NCBI GenBank assembly: GCA_963841435.1
Contig: CAWJCS010000006.1
Location: 1,376,001-1,440,000 of the forward strand
Direction of reading: 5' to 3'
Source of the DNA: an uncultured delta proteobacterium
Lineage (GTDB): Bacteria; Myxococcota_A; Polyangia; Polyangiales; Polyangiaceae
DNA length: 64,000 nucleotides
Shown here: piece by piece, positions 9,329 to 20,569 of the stretch
Position numbering within the stretch: position 1 is the stretch's first letter
How the letters are laid out: every line of letters starts with the position of its first letter
Translations under genes and position numbers: made by a program
The notes under the pieces: generated by a model
What the model was told of the DNA's origin: nothing
Seen by the model: only the letters and a program-made list of their open reading frames with translations
The model's database searches: none

Positions 9329-9942
9329 CGAAAGCGGATAGTGGATCGACGCGCAGAACGCCACTCGGCGTGAGCCTGCGCCCGATTCGCGCGCGGGAAC
9401 GCGCCATCGGTGGCGGGGACGCCGTCAAGCAGCGCGAAGCGCGCGCAGACTTGACGTGGGTCCAGGCGGGCAGCGCAGCCCTTGCTTTCTTTCCCGGTTG
9501 GAGGACCGGTTCAAGGTTGCACCGTCAATCGGGACGCTCACGCTAGGCCGACCGTCGCGACGCACGACGTGCCGAGCAGGCACCACGCGAACGGCTGCGT
9601 ACCCGCGGCGGCCGGTGCGGCGGGTGCGCGCGCTGCTGCGCTCGTGTCGCCCCGATAACGGGGCACGGATAATAAACGTTTGCTTCCGAGCGGTTGCCGA
9701 AGAGGGGCCGCCCGGTAGGCAATTCTCCACTTGCGAAAAACGCAAGTCGTGTTCACTATGAACCCGTGACCGCCGACGAGGGCTGGCAATCGCCCGTGCG
9801 GCTGCCGACGGAAACCGTCTCAGATTCTCCGGCCATGCGCTTCAACGAATGCAAGAGCGAGTCGCAACCCACGCGGACGTACGGGAAGCCGTGCGAACCG
9901 CAGATGTTGCGGTTCCGTCGGATGATTGAAGCGAGGCCCACG

Positions 9943-10377
9943 ATGAAGTGCGCGAACTGCAACGAGCGAATGACTCGACGCGGCTACGAGCACGTGACGC
10001 GCGTCGGCGGCTACACCATCACCGACGGCACCGGCATGGTTGAGACCTGCTCGGCGTGCGGGGAAGTGTCTTTGACTGCTGATGAGCTCGCCGGCTACGA
10101 GCGCCGCGCCGCTCGGCTGATTCTCGCCGAGGGTGCGCGCGTCAGTGGGCCGGTGCTCAGATTCGCACGTGCGGCTCTTGGTCTTCGGCAGCGGGACCTT
10201 GCGGCTGTCCTTCGACGCAATGAGCAGCAGATTTCTCGCGACGAGCACGCGGACGACTTGCCGATGGATCTTCGGCTTGCGGTCGCGGAGCTGCTCGAAC
10301 GCGCTTCGCGTGGCGAGAGCCTCGATCGCGTTGGCGCGAGCAGGGAGCGGAAGCTCGAAGTCCGCAAGGTGTCTTAG
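9943..10377 (+). CDS. MqsA-like antitoxin (YgiT-type Zn finger + XRE HTH)
   Basis: CANC...CSACGE zinc ribbon followed by LRFARAALGLRQRDLAAVL HTH. Confidence 0.8.
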   Translation: MKCANCNERMTRRGYEHVTRVGGYTITDGTGMVETCSACGEVSLTADELAGYERRAARLILAEGARVSGPVLRFARAALGLRQRDLAAVLRRNEQQISRDEHADDLPMDLRLAVAELLERASRGESLDRVGASRERKLEVRKVS

Positions 10378-10755
10378 TCCCACCAACGCGAAGTCGCGTC
10401 GCCGTCGCGAGCGAGCTGGTCTTTTGCGCGATCCAGCCCGCTGGCGTGGCGCTGGTCCCAGCGTCCGCCGCTCCTTCCGCGTCCCCCGGCATCTTCTGCA
10501 ACAACGACATCTGCGCGAGCAACTGCAGCGGCGGATGGGCGTTCAGCGAGCTGACCGCGGCGACCGATCCGCGCATCGTAGAGAACAACTACTTCCGAGG
10601 AGGGCGGCGGCCCACGCTGGCTCAAAGGTCCGTGGTACCCTCGGCCGCATGGTGACGCGGATGGTGGTCCGCGCGGCGTGCTCTCTTTTCGCGCTCGCGC
10701 TCCCGAGCGTCGTCGCATGCAGCGGCGTGTCACGGGACGAGAGTCCGACCGCCGC

Positions 10756-12228
10756 TCAGAGCAGGATCTCGTCGATGACGCTCGTGCCGACGCCCATGCT
10801 GGCTTCGGTGCTGCCGAAACCGCGGGCGAGCGTCAAAAGGTAGTCGCCGTGGCTCCGGTTCACGCTCAGCGCCTGTCCGGTCCGGAAGGGCGTGCCGCTG
10901 CCACCGATCAAGAGGTACGGCAGGTTCTTCAGCGAGTGCTGCCCCGCGGTGCTGTTCGCGTTCGGCCCCGCGTACTCGGAAACGCAGAGCACCGTCGTGC
11001 TGTCGAGCAGCGTGCCGGTGCCGTCCGGGACGGAGGCGAGGCGGTCGAGCAGCTCCTTGAGCTGTCCCATGAACCAGCGCTGGATGCGCAGGCGATCGCG
11101 CGTGGAGACCGCCGCGGTGATGCGGTGCCCCGCGTCCTCGAAGGCGCCGTCCTCGGGGTGGGCCAGGCCGTGATCGCCCGCGCCCGGGTACTCGAGATCC
11201 GGCAAGAAGTCGTAGCGGTAGTCGGTGAGCTTGCCGTTCTGGATCTTGTTCTCGCCCGAAGCCCCCCACTGGATGGTCACCGCCGGCGCGTAGCCGAGCG
11301 CGAGCGCCGTCACCGCCAGATCGCGGACGAACGGCGCGACGGTCGGCAGCTTTGCGATGTCGGTCTGCGCCGCCTGCACGTCCGGATCGCTCGGGTCGAC
11401 CAGCGGCCCGCCCGACGCCGTCGGTCGCATCTCGGTCTCGAGCCGCTCGAGCCGCGCGACCTCCTCGACGTAGGCCTCCAGGCGCAAGGCGGCCGGCGTT
11501 CCCGCCGCGCAGCGCAGGGCCTCGACCCGCTCGCGCACCGAGCCGAGCACGGCCAGCCGGCTCGCCGTCTTCAGCGCGGGATCCTCGCCCGGGTCCGTCG
11601 GCGGGCCCACTGCGTCGAGCACCCGTCGCGCGTCGCTCACCGGCTGCCACGAGGGCTCCACGTAGTCGCGTCCACGCGGGCGGCTCACGTCGCGGGTGCC
11701 GTCGTACGAGACCCGATTGCCGTAAACGCCCGTGCGGAACACCGGCTCGGCATGCGTCGAGTTGGCGTGCACCTCCGCCATCAGCACGTCGAGCGACGGG
11801 GACGACCCGGTGTTGTCCCCGCTCACCGCCTCGCCCGTCAGACAGCTTCGAACGGCCGGCGCGTGGTCGGGCTCGCCCGGATTGTCGAGCCCTTTCACCA
11901 AGAGCGCGCGGTCCGCGTAGCTCGCGATCGGCTGGAGCAGGAACGTCGGCCGATCCCCCGAGGCAATGCTCTGATTGAAGTCCTGTCCGCTGAGATCGTC
12001 GCTGCGATCGCTGCGGATACCGAGCGCGCCGGCCTGCTCGGGCCAGAACCACTCCGGCACGTTGCCGTCGGCCGTGTACCAGACGATGAGCCGCTGCGCC
12101 GGCGCCCCCTGGGCGACCGCCCGCGTGATCAGGCGCGACCACAGGGGAGAGGTCGCGGCGAGCCCTGCGAGCGAAGCGGGCACGCCGGTCAGGAGCCCAC
12201 GCCGGGTGAAGCGCGGTCCTCGCGTCAT
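10756..12228 (-). CDS. DUF1552 domain protein (Tat-type signal)
   Basis: TRRGLL signal, RLIVWYTADG, SLDVLMA, TLLDSTTVLCVSE and HSLKNLPYLLIG; ATGA overlap with the upstream gene. Confidence 0.88.
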   Translation of the reverse strand: MTRGPRFTRRGLLTGVPASLAGLAATSPLWSRLITRAVAQGAPAQRLIVWYTADGNVPEWFWPEQAGALGIRSDRSDDLSGQDFNQSIASGDRPTFLLQPIASYADRALLVKGLDNPGEPDHAPAVRSCLTGEAVSGDNTGSSPSLDVLMAEVHANSTHAEPVFRTGVYGNRVSYDGTRDVSRPRGRDYVEPSWQPVSDARRVLDAVGPPTDPGEDPALKTASRLAVLGSVRERVEALRCAAGTPAALRLEAYVEEVARLERLETEMRPTASGGPLVDPSDPDVQAAQTDIAKLPTVAPFVRDLAVTALALGYAPAVTIQWGASGENKIQNGKLTDYRYDFLPDLEYPGAGDHGLAHPEDGAFEDAGHRITAAVSTRDRLRIQRWFMGQLKELLDRLASVPDGTGTLLDSTTVLCVSEYAGPNANSTAGQHSLKNLPYLLIGGSGTPFRTGQALSVNRSHGDYLLTLARGFGSTEASMGVGTSVIDEILL

Positions 12229-13901
12229 GGTCCCTCGCACCAGGGCGTGAGCGCCTGCGAGCGCTCCACGAGCGACACGACGGCCTGCTCGACCACGCTC
12301 CGGAGGCCGGCCCCGCCCTTGACGCTCCCGGCGAGCTCCGAGACGAAGCTCGGGTCGACCGCATCGAGCGGCACCTCCAAAAAGAAGCTCAAGAAATGCC
12401 GCGCGAAGCAGGCCGAGAAGGCATTGCTCCCCGCCACGGCCTGCAGGAGCTCCGGCAGCGTCGCGTAGGTGCCGGCAAGCTCGGCCTGCTCGAGCACCTC
12501 CGCGGGCTCGGGGTCCCCCACGTGATCCAGATCCAGCACCGAGAACGCGCGCCCGATCGGATCCATCAAGCTGTGGCACCCCTTGCAGCGCGGATCGGTC
12601 GTGCGGTCCCCGACCTCCTCCGCCAGCGCCAAGAGGTCCGCGCTCGGCGGCGGGATGTCGTCGCAGAAAAGGGCCTTTCGCACCAACTTGCCGCGGAAGA
12701 TCGGCCGCCGCGTCGCGTCGGGATGCCGCGTCGCCCCCGCGAAGAGCTCCTCGCCGAGCAGACCCCGCCGCCCCGACGCCTCCGGCCACTCGAGCGCGAC
12801 CACCTCGCCGCCGCCCGGCACGCTCGCGAGCCCGTAGGCCTCGCCGTTGTCCTTTTGCACGAAGCCCTGCGTCCCCGCGATGAGCTCGGTCACGGGCCGA
12901 TCCGTCTTCAGTGCGTCACCGACCGCCGCCAGCAGTTCGGCGAACACTGGCGAGCTCGCAAAGCTCGGATCGGAGAGCTTGAGATCGGTGTCCACCTCCA
13001 GCCACTGTCCAACGAAGCGCGCGAGCACCGGCACGGCGCGTGCGTCCCCGGAAAGCCGCGCCGCCTCCAGCCGCAAGCGCTCCCCGAGCCCCGCCGCCGT
13101 CCCCTCCGCCGCCGCGCTGAGCTCCGCGTCCGGCGCGGCATCCCACAAGGTGTAGCTCAGGTGCTCGGCGAGGCGCCGGCCGCGGGCCGCGTCTCCGGGC
13201 ACCGAGGTCGAGCGAAACAGGAAGTCCGGGCTGACGAGCGCCGCCTGCAGCATGGCGCGCGTGGCCTCTTCGGCGGAGACGCCCACCGCCTCGAGCTCGG
13301 TCACGAGGGCCGCGGAGCGTTCGATCAGGGCGTCGCTCGCGGGTGCGCGGACGAGCAGGCCGAGCGGTCCCGCGTACGCGTCGCGCACGCAGCTCGCCGC
13401 AGCCGTCGCGCTGCACGCGGGGAGGAGTGCGGGTACGATCCGCGCCGCGAGGTCTTCACCCGCGAGCAGGTACGGATGCACGGGGTCGGGGGAGACGGCC
13501 GCGTTGGAGGTGAACGGGCCGACCCGTCCGTCCACCGGGAGGAGGCCCAGGTCGGGCTCGACTCCCAGCGCCGCGCTGACGGTCTGGACGTACTCGGCCT
13601 GCGTCAGGCGGGAGTAGCCGGGCTCGAGATCGGCCGGCTGCGTGGCAGTCCCGGCTGCGCCGGCGGAGGCGCCTCCAGTGCCCGCGTTGCTCGAGCCGCC
13701 GGTGGTCCCTCCGCTTTTGCCGGCCGAGCCGGCGTTGGGTGCGGCGCCGCCGGTCGCCGGGGGGTTGCCCGGCGGGGCGGTGCCGGGGGGTGCGCTCTGG
13801 TCGCCGCGCTGGATGTCGGCGGTGCAGGCGGTGAGTCCGGCGATGCCGAGGGCGAGCACCGTCAGGGCGGCCCTCGCGTGGGGTCTCGGTCTCGGGCTCA
13901 C
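12225..13901 (-). CDS. DUF1592/DUF1588 family lipoprotein
   Basis: Lipobox LTAC, RLTQAEY, LVSPDFLFR, LSYTLWDAAPD, PIFRGKLVR and CKGCHSLMDPIG; start inferred at GTG 13901. Confidence 0.85.
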   Translation of the reverse strand: MSPRPRPHARAALTVLALGIAGLTACTADIQRGDQSAPPGTAPPGNPPATGGAAPNAGSAGKSGGTTGGSSNAGTGGASAGAAGTATQPADLEPGYSRLTQAEYVQTVSAALGVEPDLGLLPVDGRVGPFTSNAAVSPDPVHPYLLAGEDLAARIVPALLPACSATAAASCVRDAYAGPLGLLVRAPASDALIERSAALVTELEAVGVSAEEATRAMLQAALVSPDFLFRSTSVPGDAARGRRLAEHLSYTLWDAAPDAELSAAAEGTAAGLGERLRLEAARLSGDARAVPVLARFVGQWLEVDTDLKLSDPSFASSPVFAELLAAVGDALKTDRPVTELIAGTQGFVQKDNGEAYGLASVPGGGEVVALEWPEASGRRGLLGEELFAGATRHPDATRRPIFRGKLVRKALFCDDIPPPSADLLALAEEVGDRTTDPRCKGCHSLMDPIGRAFSVLDLDHVGDPEPAEVLEQAELAGTYATLPELLQAVAGSNAFSACFARHFLSFFLEVPLDAVDPSFVSELAGSVKGGAGLRSVVEQAVVSLVERSQALTPWCEGP

Positions 13902-13933
13902 GATGGGAGGTACCGTGAGGGGAGGAGGGTGGC

Positions 13934-14630
13934 TCAGGGGGCGGGGCTGGAGCACGTCCAGGTGGCCGGGGTCGCGATGATCCCCTCGCCGGACGTTCTG
14001 GTCCGCGGTTTCTCGGAGGGTCCACTCGGTCATGCGGCCCTCCACGTAGTCCGAGTGCACCGCGACGAGGAAGATCGAGCCCGTCTCCGGCCACTCCGCT
14101 TGCCACTCGAAGGTGTAGCTGCCCTGGTAGCCATCCATTTCGCTCGGATGGACTTCGACGAGCAGGTCGTCGCCCTCCATGTATTGAGCGGTGACGGTCC
14201 ACGTCTCGCTGAGGCTGCCGTCGGTGGTTTCGAAGGTCAGGGTGGCCTCGATGTCGAGGTGGGCCGGGCAGGCGAGGCGAACTCCAGGTGGTGCTTTTCC
14301 GGTGACCTCTTGCGCCAGGTCACCCCAGGCGAGTGAGAGGGTCGCGTCGGTCTCCACCCCCGAGGGGGTCCAGGTTGCGTCCGGTTGGTCACCGAGCGGT
14401 GTCCAGGTGACGCGACAGGACCAGGGTGCTTCGCCGATGTGGAAGCGGGCGCCGACTTCGGCGACGCTCATGTTCAGGACGGCGGTCACTTCGTCGCGAT
14501 CGACGGTACGGCGAGTCCAGTTGCAGCCTTGGTCCGTGGACTTTGGCCCGCTGAGTTGTCCGCCGCCGTCACCACACGCGGTGACGAGTGCGACGATGGC
14601 GATGGGCCATGCCGAACGGCCGCTGAGCAT
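13934..14630 (-). CDS. Lipoprotein, probably frameshifted near its 3' end (appears fused to the DUF1592 gene)
   Basis: Lipobox LVTAC; an alternative frame gives GEGIIATPATWTCSSPAP-stop at 13934; span is 3n+1. Confidence 0.55.
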
Positions 14631-14664
14631 GCGAAAGTATGTTAGCTGACCTGCGCCCGGATGC

Positions 14665-16410
14665 TCATTGCGTTCCGGCGGGGGCCCCCGGCCGTTTCAG
14701 CTCGAGAAAAACGAAGTAGCCGCTTTCGCCATTTCCGGGGTCATCGAGCCAGACGGTAGAAAGGCGATAGTGCTGCTCGATGAACGCAGGGTGCGCCCGA
14801 ATCCAGCCCGTGTATCGGTCCGAATCGGGGTAGTAGTTGTGCAGGGCGTCCGCCATCGCCAGCGCGGTCGTAGCGAGCCCGCGAATGTCTTTCGACGCGA
14901 AGGTCTTGGAAGGCATGAAGTACGTGGGCAGGCGTCCGAAGCTGTAGTCCAGGTCCGACTTTTCGTGACCCGCCCAACCCGAGCCCAGGCCCGCCGTGGC
15001 CACCCTCGCGATGTGCCGGTCCGTCAGGCCATGCAGGTCGTGAATCGCGAGGTTTGCCGCATAGTATCCAGTCGCGCCAATGGCTCTGGTCGCCAAGCTT
15101 TCGCCCGGCGCGCGCTGGTAATGGTCGAAGAACTTCCCGATCACGGTGAGCCGTGACACGTGCCAGCGTTCCTTCTGGACACCTCGATACATTCCGTGTT
15201 GCTGAGGCGGCACTTGGAAGAAGTGCTTTTCGAGAGGGGTCGAGTGGATCACGGTGCCGCAAAGACCGAGCGTCACCGCCAGCAGGGTGGCCGCGCCGAG
15301 GTAAGGGGACCGAAGCGACGCCTCTTCGAGATTCGCCAGCGGGGGCACGATCAGCAAGTAGACGAAGGGCAGGATGGGGACCATGAACCGGAACATTGCC
15401 ATGTAGTCGCCCCCCACCTGGCGAACGTAGGCAAGATACGCGACAACCACCGTCATCGCGATGGCCGTGCTCGCATGCTCGCTGGCCCAGGCGAAGAGGC
15501 GAGACAGGCGCCGCCCGCCCTTCGCGAAGTCAAGGCGGCTTTCCCACAACGCCACGAGCAGAATGAAGGCCAGCGGCCGCAGAAAAAAGCGGCCGAAGGC
15601 TTTCACGTAGACGGTTCCTCGTTCGAGCTGCGCCGACCCGCCCCCGGTTTTGGCGTAGAACGTGTTCGGTACCAGGTCTCTGAACTCGTTCCAACGCCAG
15701 ACGAGGAACACGATCAACGGCAGCACGTAGGCAGCGACGGCTAGGGCGTAGTCACGAGCACCGAGGCGGAAGCGGCGACGGAATAGGGCCACTGCGAGAC
15801 CGGCCAGCAGTACGAGGACCAGGCCTCCCTCCGGCCGGAGCAGCGTCGCCACGCAGAGCGACGAGGCACCGGCGACGAGCCACCGAGCCGAGCCACCCTC
15901 GAGGCTCTCCAGGAAGCCCAAAACCCCGAACAAAAGGTAGAAGCCGAAAGTCGTCATCTCCATCCCGCTGGCCGCCCACGTGGCGAATGGCCCGGAGACC
16001 ACCAGGAATGCGCACGGCACGAGGGCGACTCGGGGGCTCGCGTGCATGTGACGCCGAGCAATGCGGTACGTGAGTGACAGTGTGCCGATGGCGGAGCACA
16101 CACCGACAATCTGTGTGACCAAAAACACGTCGAGACCGAACCGCAGCGCGGCCGCCGAAAGGATCACCCACAGGAACGTCGTGAAGCCCTCGATGGGCGC
16201 CTCGTTGACGTTCCAGACGAAGCCGTGCCCTGTCGCCAAATTCCTGGCAAAACGGAAGGTGATGTGTGCGTCTTCAGCGACGCAGGCGAGGTAGATGGTG
16301 TGAAAGAGGAACGCGCACAAGAGCACGCCGAATCCGATCCGCACGGTACCGCTCGGCCTCCCGGTCTCTGCCGAGCTCGAAGGCGGTGCATCGATGTTGG
16401 ACTTCTGCAT
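14665..16410 (-). CDS. Polytopic membrane GT-C-fold glycosyltransferase-like protein
   Basis: EDAHITFRFARNLATGHG...EGFTTFLW, SGME, RPEG and PNTFYAK motifs; many TM segments. Confidence 0.8.
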   Translation of the reverse strand: MQKSNIDAPPSSSAETGRPSGTVRIGFGVLLCAFLFHTIYLACVAEDAHITFRFARNLATGHGFVWNVNEAPIEGFTTFLWVILSAAALRFGLDVFLVTQIVGVCSAIGTLSLTYRIARRHMHASPRVALVPCAFLVVSGPFATWAASGMEMTTFGFYLLFGVLGFLESLEGGSARWLVAGASSLCVATLLRPEGGLVLVLLAGLAVALFRRRFRLGARDYALAVAAYVLPLIVFLVWRWNEFRDLVPNTFYAKTGGGSAQLERGTVYVKAFGRFFLRPLAFILLVALWESRLDFAKGGRRLSRLFAWASEHASTAIAMTVVVAYLAYVRQVGGDYMAMFRFMVPILPFVYLLIVPPLANLEEASLRSPYLGAATLLAVTLGLCGTVIHSTPLEKHFFQVPPQQHGMYRGVQKERWHVSRLTVIGKFFDHYQRAPGESLATRAIGATGYYAANLAIHDLHGLTDRHIARVATAGLGSGWAGHEKSDLDYSFGRLPTYFMPSKTFASKDIRGLATTALAMADALHNYYPDSDRYTGWIRAHPAFIEQHYRLSTVWLDDPGNGESGYFVFLELKRPGAPAGTQ

Positions 16411-16886
16411 GGCGCTGTTCGATCAATCGGTTTCGCTCGCCGAATCGTCAGCGCGACTCCCCTGGAATCGCTATGTCGTAGTCATGCGCGCGGCGCGCCC
16501 ATGCGACGACGCTAGCACGACGCGCCCCGCGTATACCCGATATCCGTATTTTGTGTCAGCGCAGCACGGTTCCCTGGCCGCCTCCCGAATCCCCACGACC
16601 GCCTGCGAGTTAGATCTCCGCCCTTTCTCGGCGGCCGACTCGGTTCACCGACCGAGGGGCAGCGGCTTCGGCGGACTCGAAGACAAGAGCCGAGAACTCG
16701 CTCGCTCTCCAAACTCGTGGCTCCAAGGTGGGCCACAAGGCGGTCCGTGGTCCACGCCAGTGTCCTGAAATACTTGATTGTTTGCGGCGTTGAGCGCCGG
16801 CATGAACAGTGCGCGCTCTGCTTGCAAGCTGAGGCCGGCTTCCGATTGACGTCTGCGGGGCATTGGTCAATATTGCCTAATACGTC

Positions 16887-16954
16887 GTGCAGGTCGTCAT
16901 CGCCCCGGATGCTCAGGTCGAGGTTCGCGCCTTGCCGGTCACGAGGACTGAACA
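16887..16954 (+). pseudogene. Possible N-terminal remnant of a RelE/ParE-type toxin
   Basis: GTG start reading MQVVIAPDAQVEVRALP, resembling RelE N-termini, directly upstream of an HTH gene. Confidence 0.4.
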
Positions 16955-17318
16955 ATGCCGAACAAGGGAACTGCCGTCGCTGGGATGCTGACCATCCGCG
17001 GCGTGGAGTACGTCGTCATCCCCAAAGCCGAGTACCTGCGCGTGCAAGACAGCGCGGTCCCTGAAAGCACGATTGATGCTCACGCGTTCGTGCGCGAATC
17101 GATCGCTGGGGATCTTCGAGCCGCGCGCGAGCATGCCAAGCTGACGCAAGCGAGCCTCGCCAAGAAGATGGGCAAGAGCCAGACGTTGGTGAGCCAAGCG
17201 GAGGCCGGCATCGCACGGGTGAGCGAGCGCTACGTTCGGGCAGTGCTCAAGGCTTGCTGCCTTCCCGCCGACTGGTCGGGTTCGAAGGCGAAGCCGCGGA
17301 CACGCGGCAGGAAATCTT

Positions 17319-17320
<2 letters not shown>
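16955..17320 (+). CDS. XRE-family HTH protein (antitoxin-like)
   Basis: EYVVIPKAEY N-terminal motif and LRAAREHAKLTQASLAKKMGKSQTLVSQAEAG HTH. Confidence 0.85.
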
Positions 17321-17958
<638 letters not shown>

Positions 17959-17975
17959 GTAAGCGGTGGGGCGGC

Positions 17976-18003
17976 TTCATACCACAAGGAAGGCCCCGCT
18001 CAA
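17976..18003 (-). promoter_or_regulatory. Candidate sigma70 promoter for tRNA-Asp
   Basis: TTGAGC-16 bp-TATGAA, with TG at the extended -10 position, 17 bp upstream of the tRNA. Confidence 0.45.
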
Positions 18004-18058
18004 GCGGGTTCGCGCCTGAACCGGCCCGTGGGCTGGCGTTGGCTGGCGCCGGCGGCGG

Positions 18059-19417
18059 CTAGCCGTGGAGCGAGGCGCCGTTCGTGCGGATGACTTCGGC
18101 GTACCAGGCGGCGGAGGCTTTGGGGGTGCGCTTTGCCGTGGGGTAGTCGCAGTGGACGAGGCCGAAGCGGTGCTTGTAGCCGTGGGCCCATTCGAAGTTG
18201 TCGATGAGCGACCAGTGGAAGTAGCCCTCGACGGGGACGCCGTCGTCGATGGCGCGCTCGAGCTGCAACAGGTAGCGGCGCGTGAAGTCGATGCGCTCGG
18301 GGTCGTGGACCTTGCCGTCGGTCGAGAGCCAGTCTCGGCTCGAGAGGCCGTTCTCCGTGATGACGATCGGTAGGCCGTAGCGCTCGTGGCAGAAGCTCGA
18401 CGTGTAATACATCGCCTCGGGCACGATGTTCCAGTCGAACGCCGTGATGGGTTGGCCGACAGGGAAGGGGACGAGCTCGGACGAGCCGTCGGGTAGGGCG
18501 CGCACGAGATCGCCCGAGTAGATGTTGATGCCGAAGAAGTCGAGGCGCTGGGCAATGAGCTCTAGATCCCCGGCGCGCAGCGTCGGCACGTCGGCGCCGA
18601 AGTAGCGCCAGCCTTCCGCGGGATATTCGCCGAAATACACCGGGTCGAGCCACCAGGACATGGTCGAAAGGTGCTTGCCCGAGGTCGCGAAGAACGCGCG
18701 CCGTGCCGCTTCGAGGTCGGCGCGCGAATCGCTGGCGGGCACCTTCGGGTAGCTCGCGGGGGCGTAGCCGATGCGGCAGGGCTGTTTGGAGGTTGCGCGG
18801 ATGGCCTGCACGGCGCGGCCGTGCGCGAGCAGCGCGTGATGGCCCGCGCGCAAGACCTCGCGCAGGGCGAGCTGATCGCCGGGGGCGTGGCGCCCTTCGA
18901 GGTGACCGGAGTTGATGAAGAGCTGAGGCTCGTTCAGCGTCATCCAGTTCTTGACGCGGTCGGAGAGCTTTTCGGAGACGAGCTCGGCGTACTCGCCGAA
19001 CCATTCGAAGCTGTCGCGGTTGAGCCAGCCGCCCCGGTAGTAGAGCGCGAGCGGGTAGTCCCAGTGAAACAGCGTGACCCAGGGCTCGATGCCGGCGGCG
19101 AGCAACGCGTCGACCAGGCGGTCGTAAAAGGCCAGGCCCGCGGCATTCGGCGTGCCCGTGCCTTCGGGCAGCACGCGGGGCCAGGAAACGCTGAGGCGGT
19201 ACGCTTTGAGGCCCATCGCCTTCATCAGCGCGACGTCTTCGGCGTAGCGGTGGTAGTGGTCGCACGAGACGTCGCCCGTTTGCCCCTGCCAGACGGCGCC
19301 GGGCTTGCGACAGAACATGTCCCAAACGCTCGCGCCCTTGCCGTCGGCGTAGGCGGCGCCCTCGATCTGGTAGGACGCCGCCGCGGCGCCCCACGCGAAC
19401 TGTTGGGGGAACGTCAT
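18059..19417 (-). CDS. Beta-glucosidase, GH1
   Basis: FAWGAAAASYQIEGA, TLFHWD, TLNEP (acid/base), ITENG (nucleophile) and DNFEWAHG. Confidence 0.96.
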   Translation of the reverse strand: MTFPQQFAWGAAAASYQIEGAAYADGKGASVWDMFCRKPGAVWQGQTGDVSCDHYHRYAEDVALMKAMGLKAYRLSVSWPRVLPEGTGTPNAAGLAFYDRLVDALLAAGIEPWVTLFHWDYPLALYYRGGWLNRDSFEWFGEYAELVSEKLSDRVKNWMTLNEPQLFINSGHLEGRHAPGDQLALREVLRAGHHALLAHGRAVQAIRATSKQPCRIGYAPASYPKVPASDSRADLEAARRAFFATSGKHLSTMSWWLDPVYFGEYPAEGWRYFGADVPTLRAGDLELIAQRLDFFGINIYSGDLVRALPDGSSELVPFPVGQPITAFDWNIVPEAMYYTSSFCHERYGLPIVITENGLSSRDWLSTDGKVHDPERIDFTRRYLLQLERAIDDGVPVEGYFHWSLIDNFEWAHGYKHRFGLVHCDYPTAKRTPKASAAWYAEVIRTNGASLHG

Positions 19418-19434
19418 CGAGGGCCGGCCGTAAC

Positions 19435-20517
19435 TCAGCGCGCGGCCGCTGTCACGGACGAACGCGCGGCGCGGCGAGCACGCACCGCGTCGGCGAGCTC
19501 GGCAAGCAGCGGCTCGGTGTCCGCCCAGCCGAGGCAGGCGTCGGTGATGCTCTGGCCGTACGTGAGGGCCTGACCGGGCTTCGTGTCTTGCCGCCCGCTG
19601 ACGAGAAAGCTCTCGAGCATCAGGCCGAGCACTCGGGTCTCGCCCCGGGCGACGCGCGCCGCTACGTCTCTTAGCACCTCGGGCTGGCGCGAGGGGTCCT
19701 TGCCGCTGTTCGCATGGCTGCAGTCGATCATCACCCGCGCGGGTAAACCTGCGCTCTTCAGGGCGTTTGCGGCCTCGGCGACGTGGGCCTCCGAGTAGTT
19801 GGGGCCGCTCGTGCCGCCCCGGAGGATCACGTGACAGTGCGGGTTGCCCTTGGTGCTGACGATCGCCGCCAGGCCCTGCTTGGTGACCGAAAGGAAGTGG
19901 TGCGGCGATTGAGCCGAGCGCACGGCGTCGACGGCCACCTGCACCGAGCCGCCCGTGCCGTTCTTGAATCCGACGGGCATCGAGAGCCCGGACGCGAGCT
20001 CGCGATGGACCTGGCTTTCGGTGGTGCGGGCGCCGATGGCGCCCCAGGCGACGAGATCGGCCAAAAACTGGGGTGTGATAGGATCGAGAAACTCGGTGGC
20101 GGTCGGCAGGCCGAGCGCCACCACGTCGCGCAGGAAGGCACGCGTCACACGCAGGCCGCGGTTGATGGCGAATGTGTCGTCGAGGTCGGGGTCGTTGATG
20201 AGCCCTTTCCAGCCCACCGTGGTGCGCGGCTTCTCGAAGTAGGTGCGCATGGCGACGAAAAGGTCGCCCTGGTGCCGATCGGCGAGCGCTTTCAGACGCG
20301 TGGCGTACTCGAGCGCCGCCTTCGTGTCGTGCACCGAGCAGGGGCCGACGACGAGCAGCAGCCGGTCGCTCTTCCCCTCCAGGATGGCGGCGATCTCGCC
20401 ACGGGCCGTGGCCACTCGGCGAGCCTGGTCCTCGGTGAGCGGCAGCTCCTCCATGAGGATGGCGGGGGGCAGCAGCGGCCGCAGATGGTCGATCCGGACG
20501 TCGTCCGTGGCAAACAT
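19435..20517 (-). CDS. aroG: 3-deoxy-7-phosphoheptulonate (DAHP) synthase, class I alpha
   Basis: GPCSVHD, YFEKPRTTVGWKG, IGARTTESQVHR, DCSHANS and YGQSITDACLGW; paralog name (aroF/G/H) not resolvable. Confidence 0.95.
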   Translation of the reverse strand: MFATDDVRIDHLRPLLPPAILMEELPLTEDQARRVATARGEIAAILEGKSDRLLLVVGPCSVHDTKAALEYATRLKALADRHQGDLFVAMRTYFEKPRTTVGWKGLINDPDLDDTFAINRGLRVTRAFLRDVVALGLPTATEFLDPITPQFLADLVAWGAIGARTTESQVHRELASGLSMPVGFKNGTGGSVQVAVDAVRSAQSPHHFLSVTKQGLAAIVSTKGNPHCHVILRGGTSGPNYSEAHVAEAANALKSAGLPARVMIDCSHANSGKDPSRQPEVLRDVAARVARGETRVLGLMLESFLVSGRQDTKPGQALTYGQSITDACLGWADTEPLLAELADAVRARRAARSSVTAAAR

Positions 20518-20569
20518 GGTGCCGATGGACTCTAGCCCAGGCCCCCTTGCGTCGGGTATCGTTCGACCC

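Noticed and set aside
12229-12789. N-terminal extension of the DUF1552 ORF
   Set aside because: Overlaps the DUF1592 gene in another frame; the Tat signal begins at 12228.
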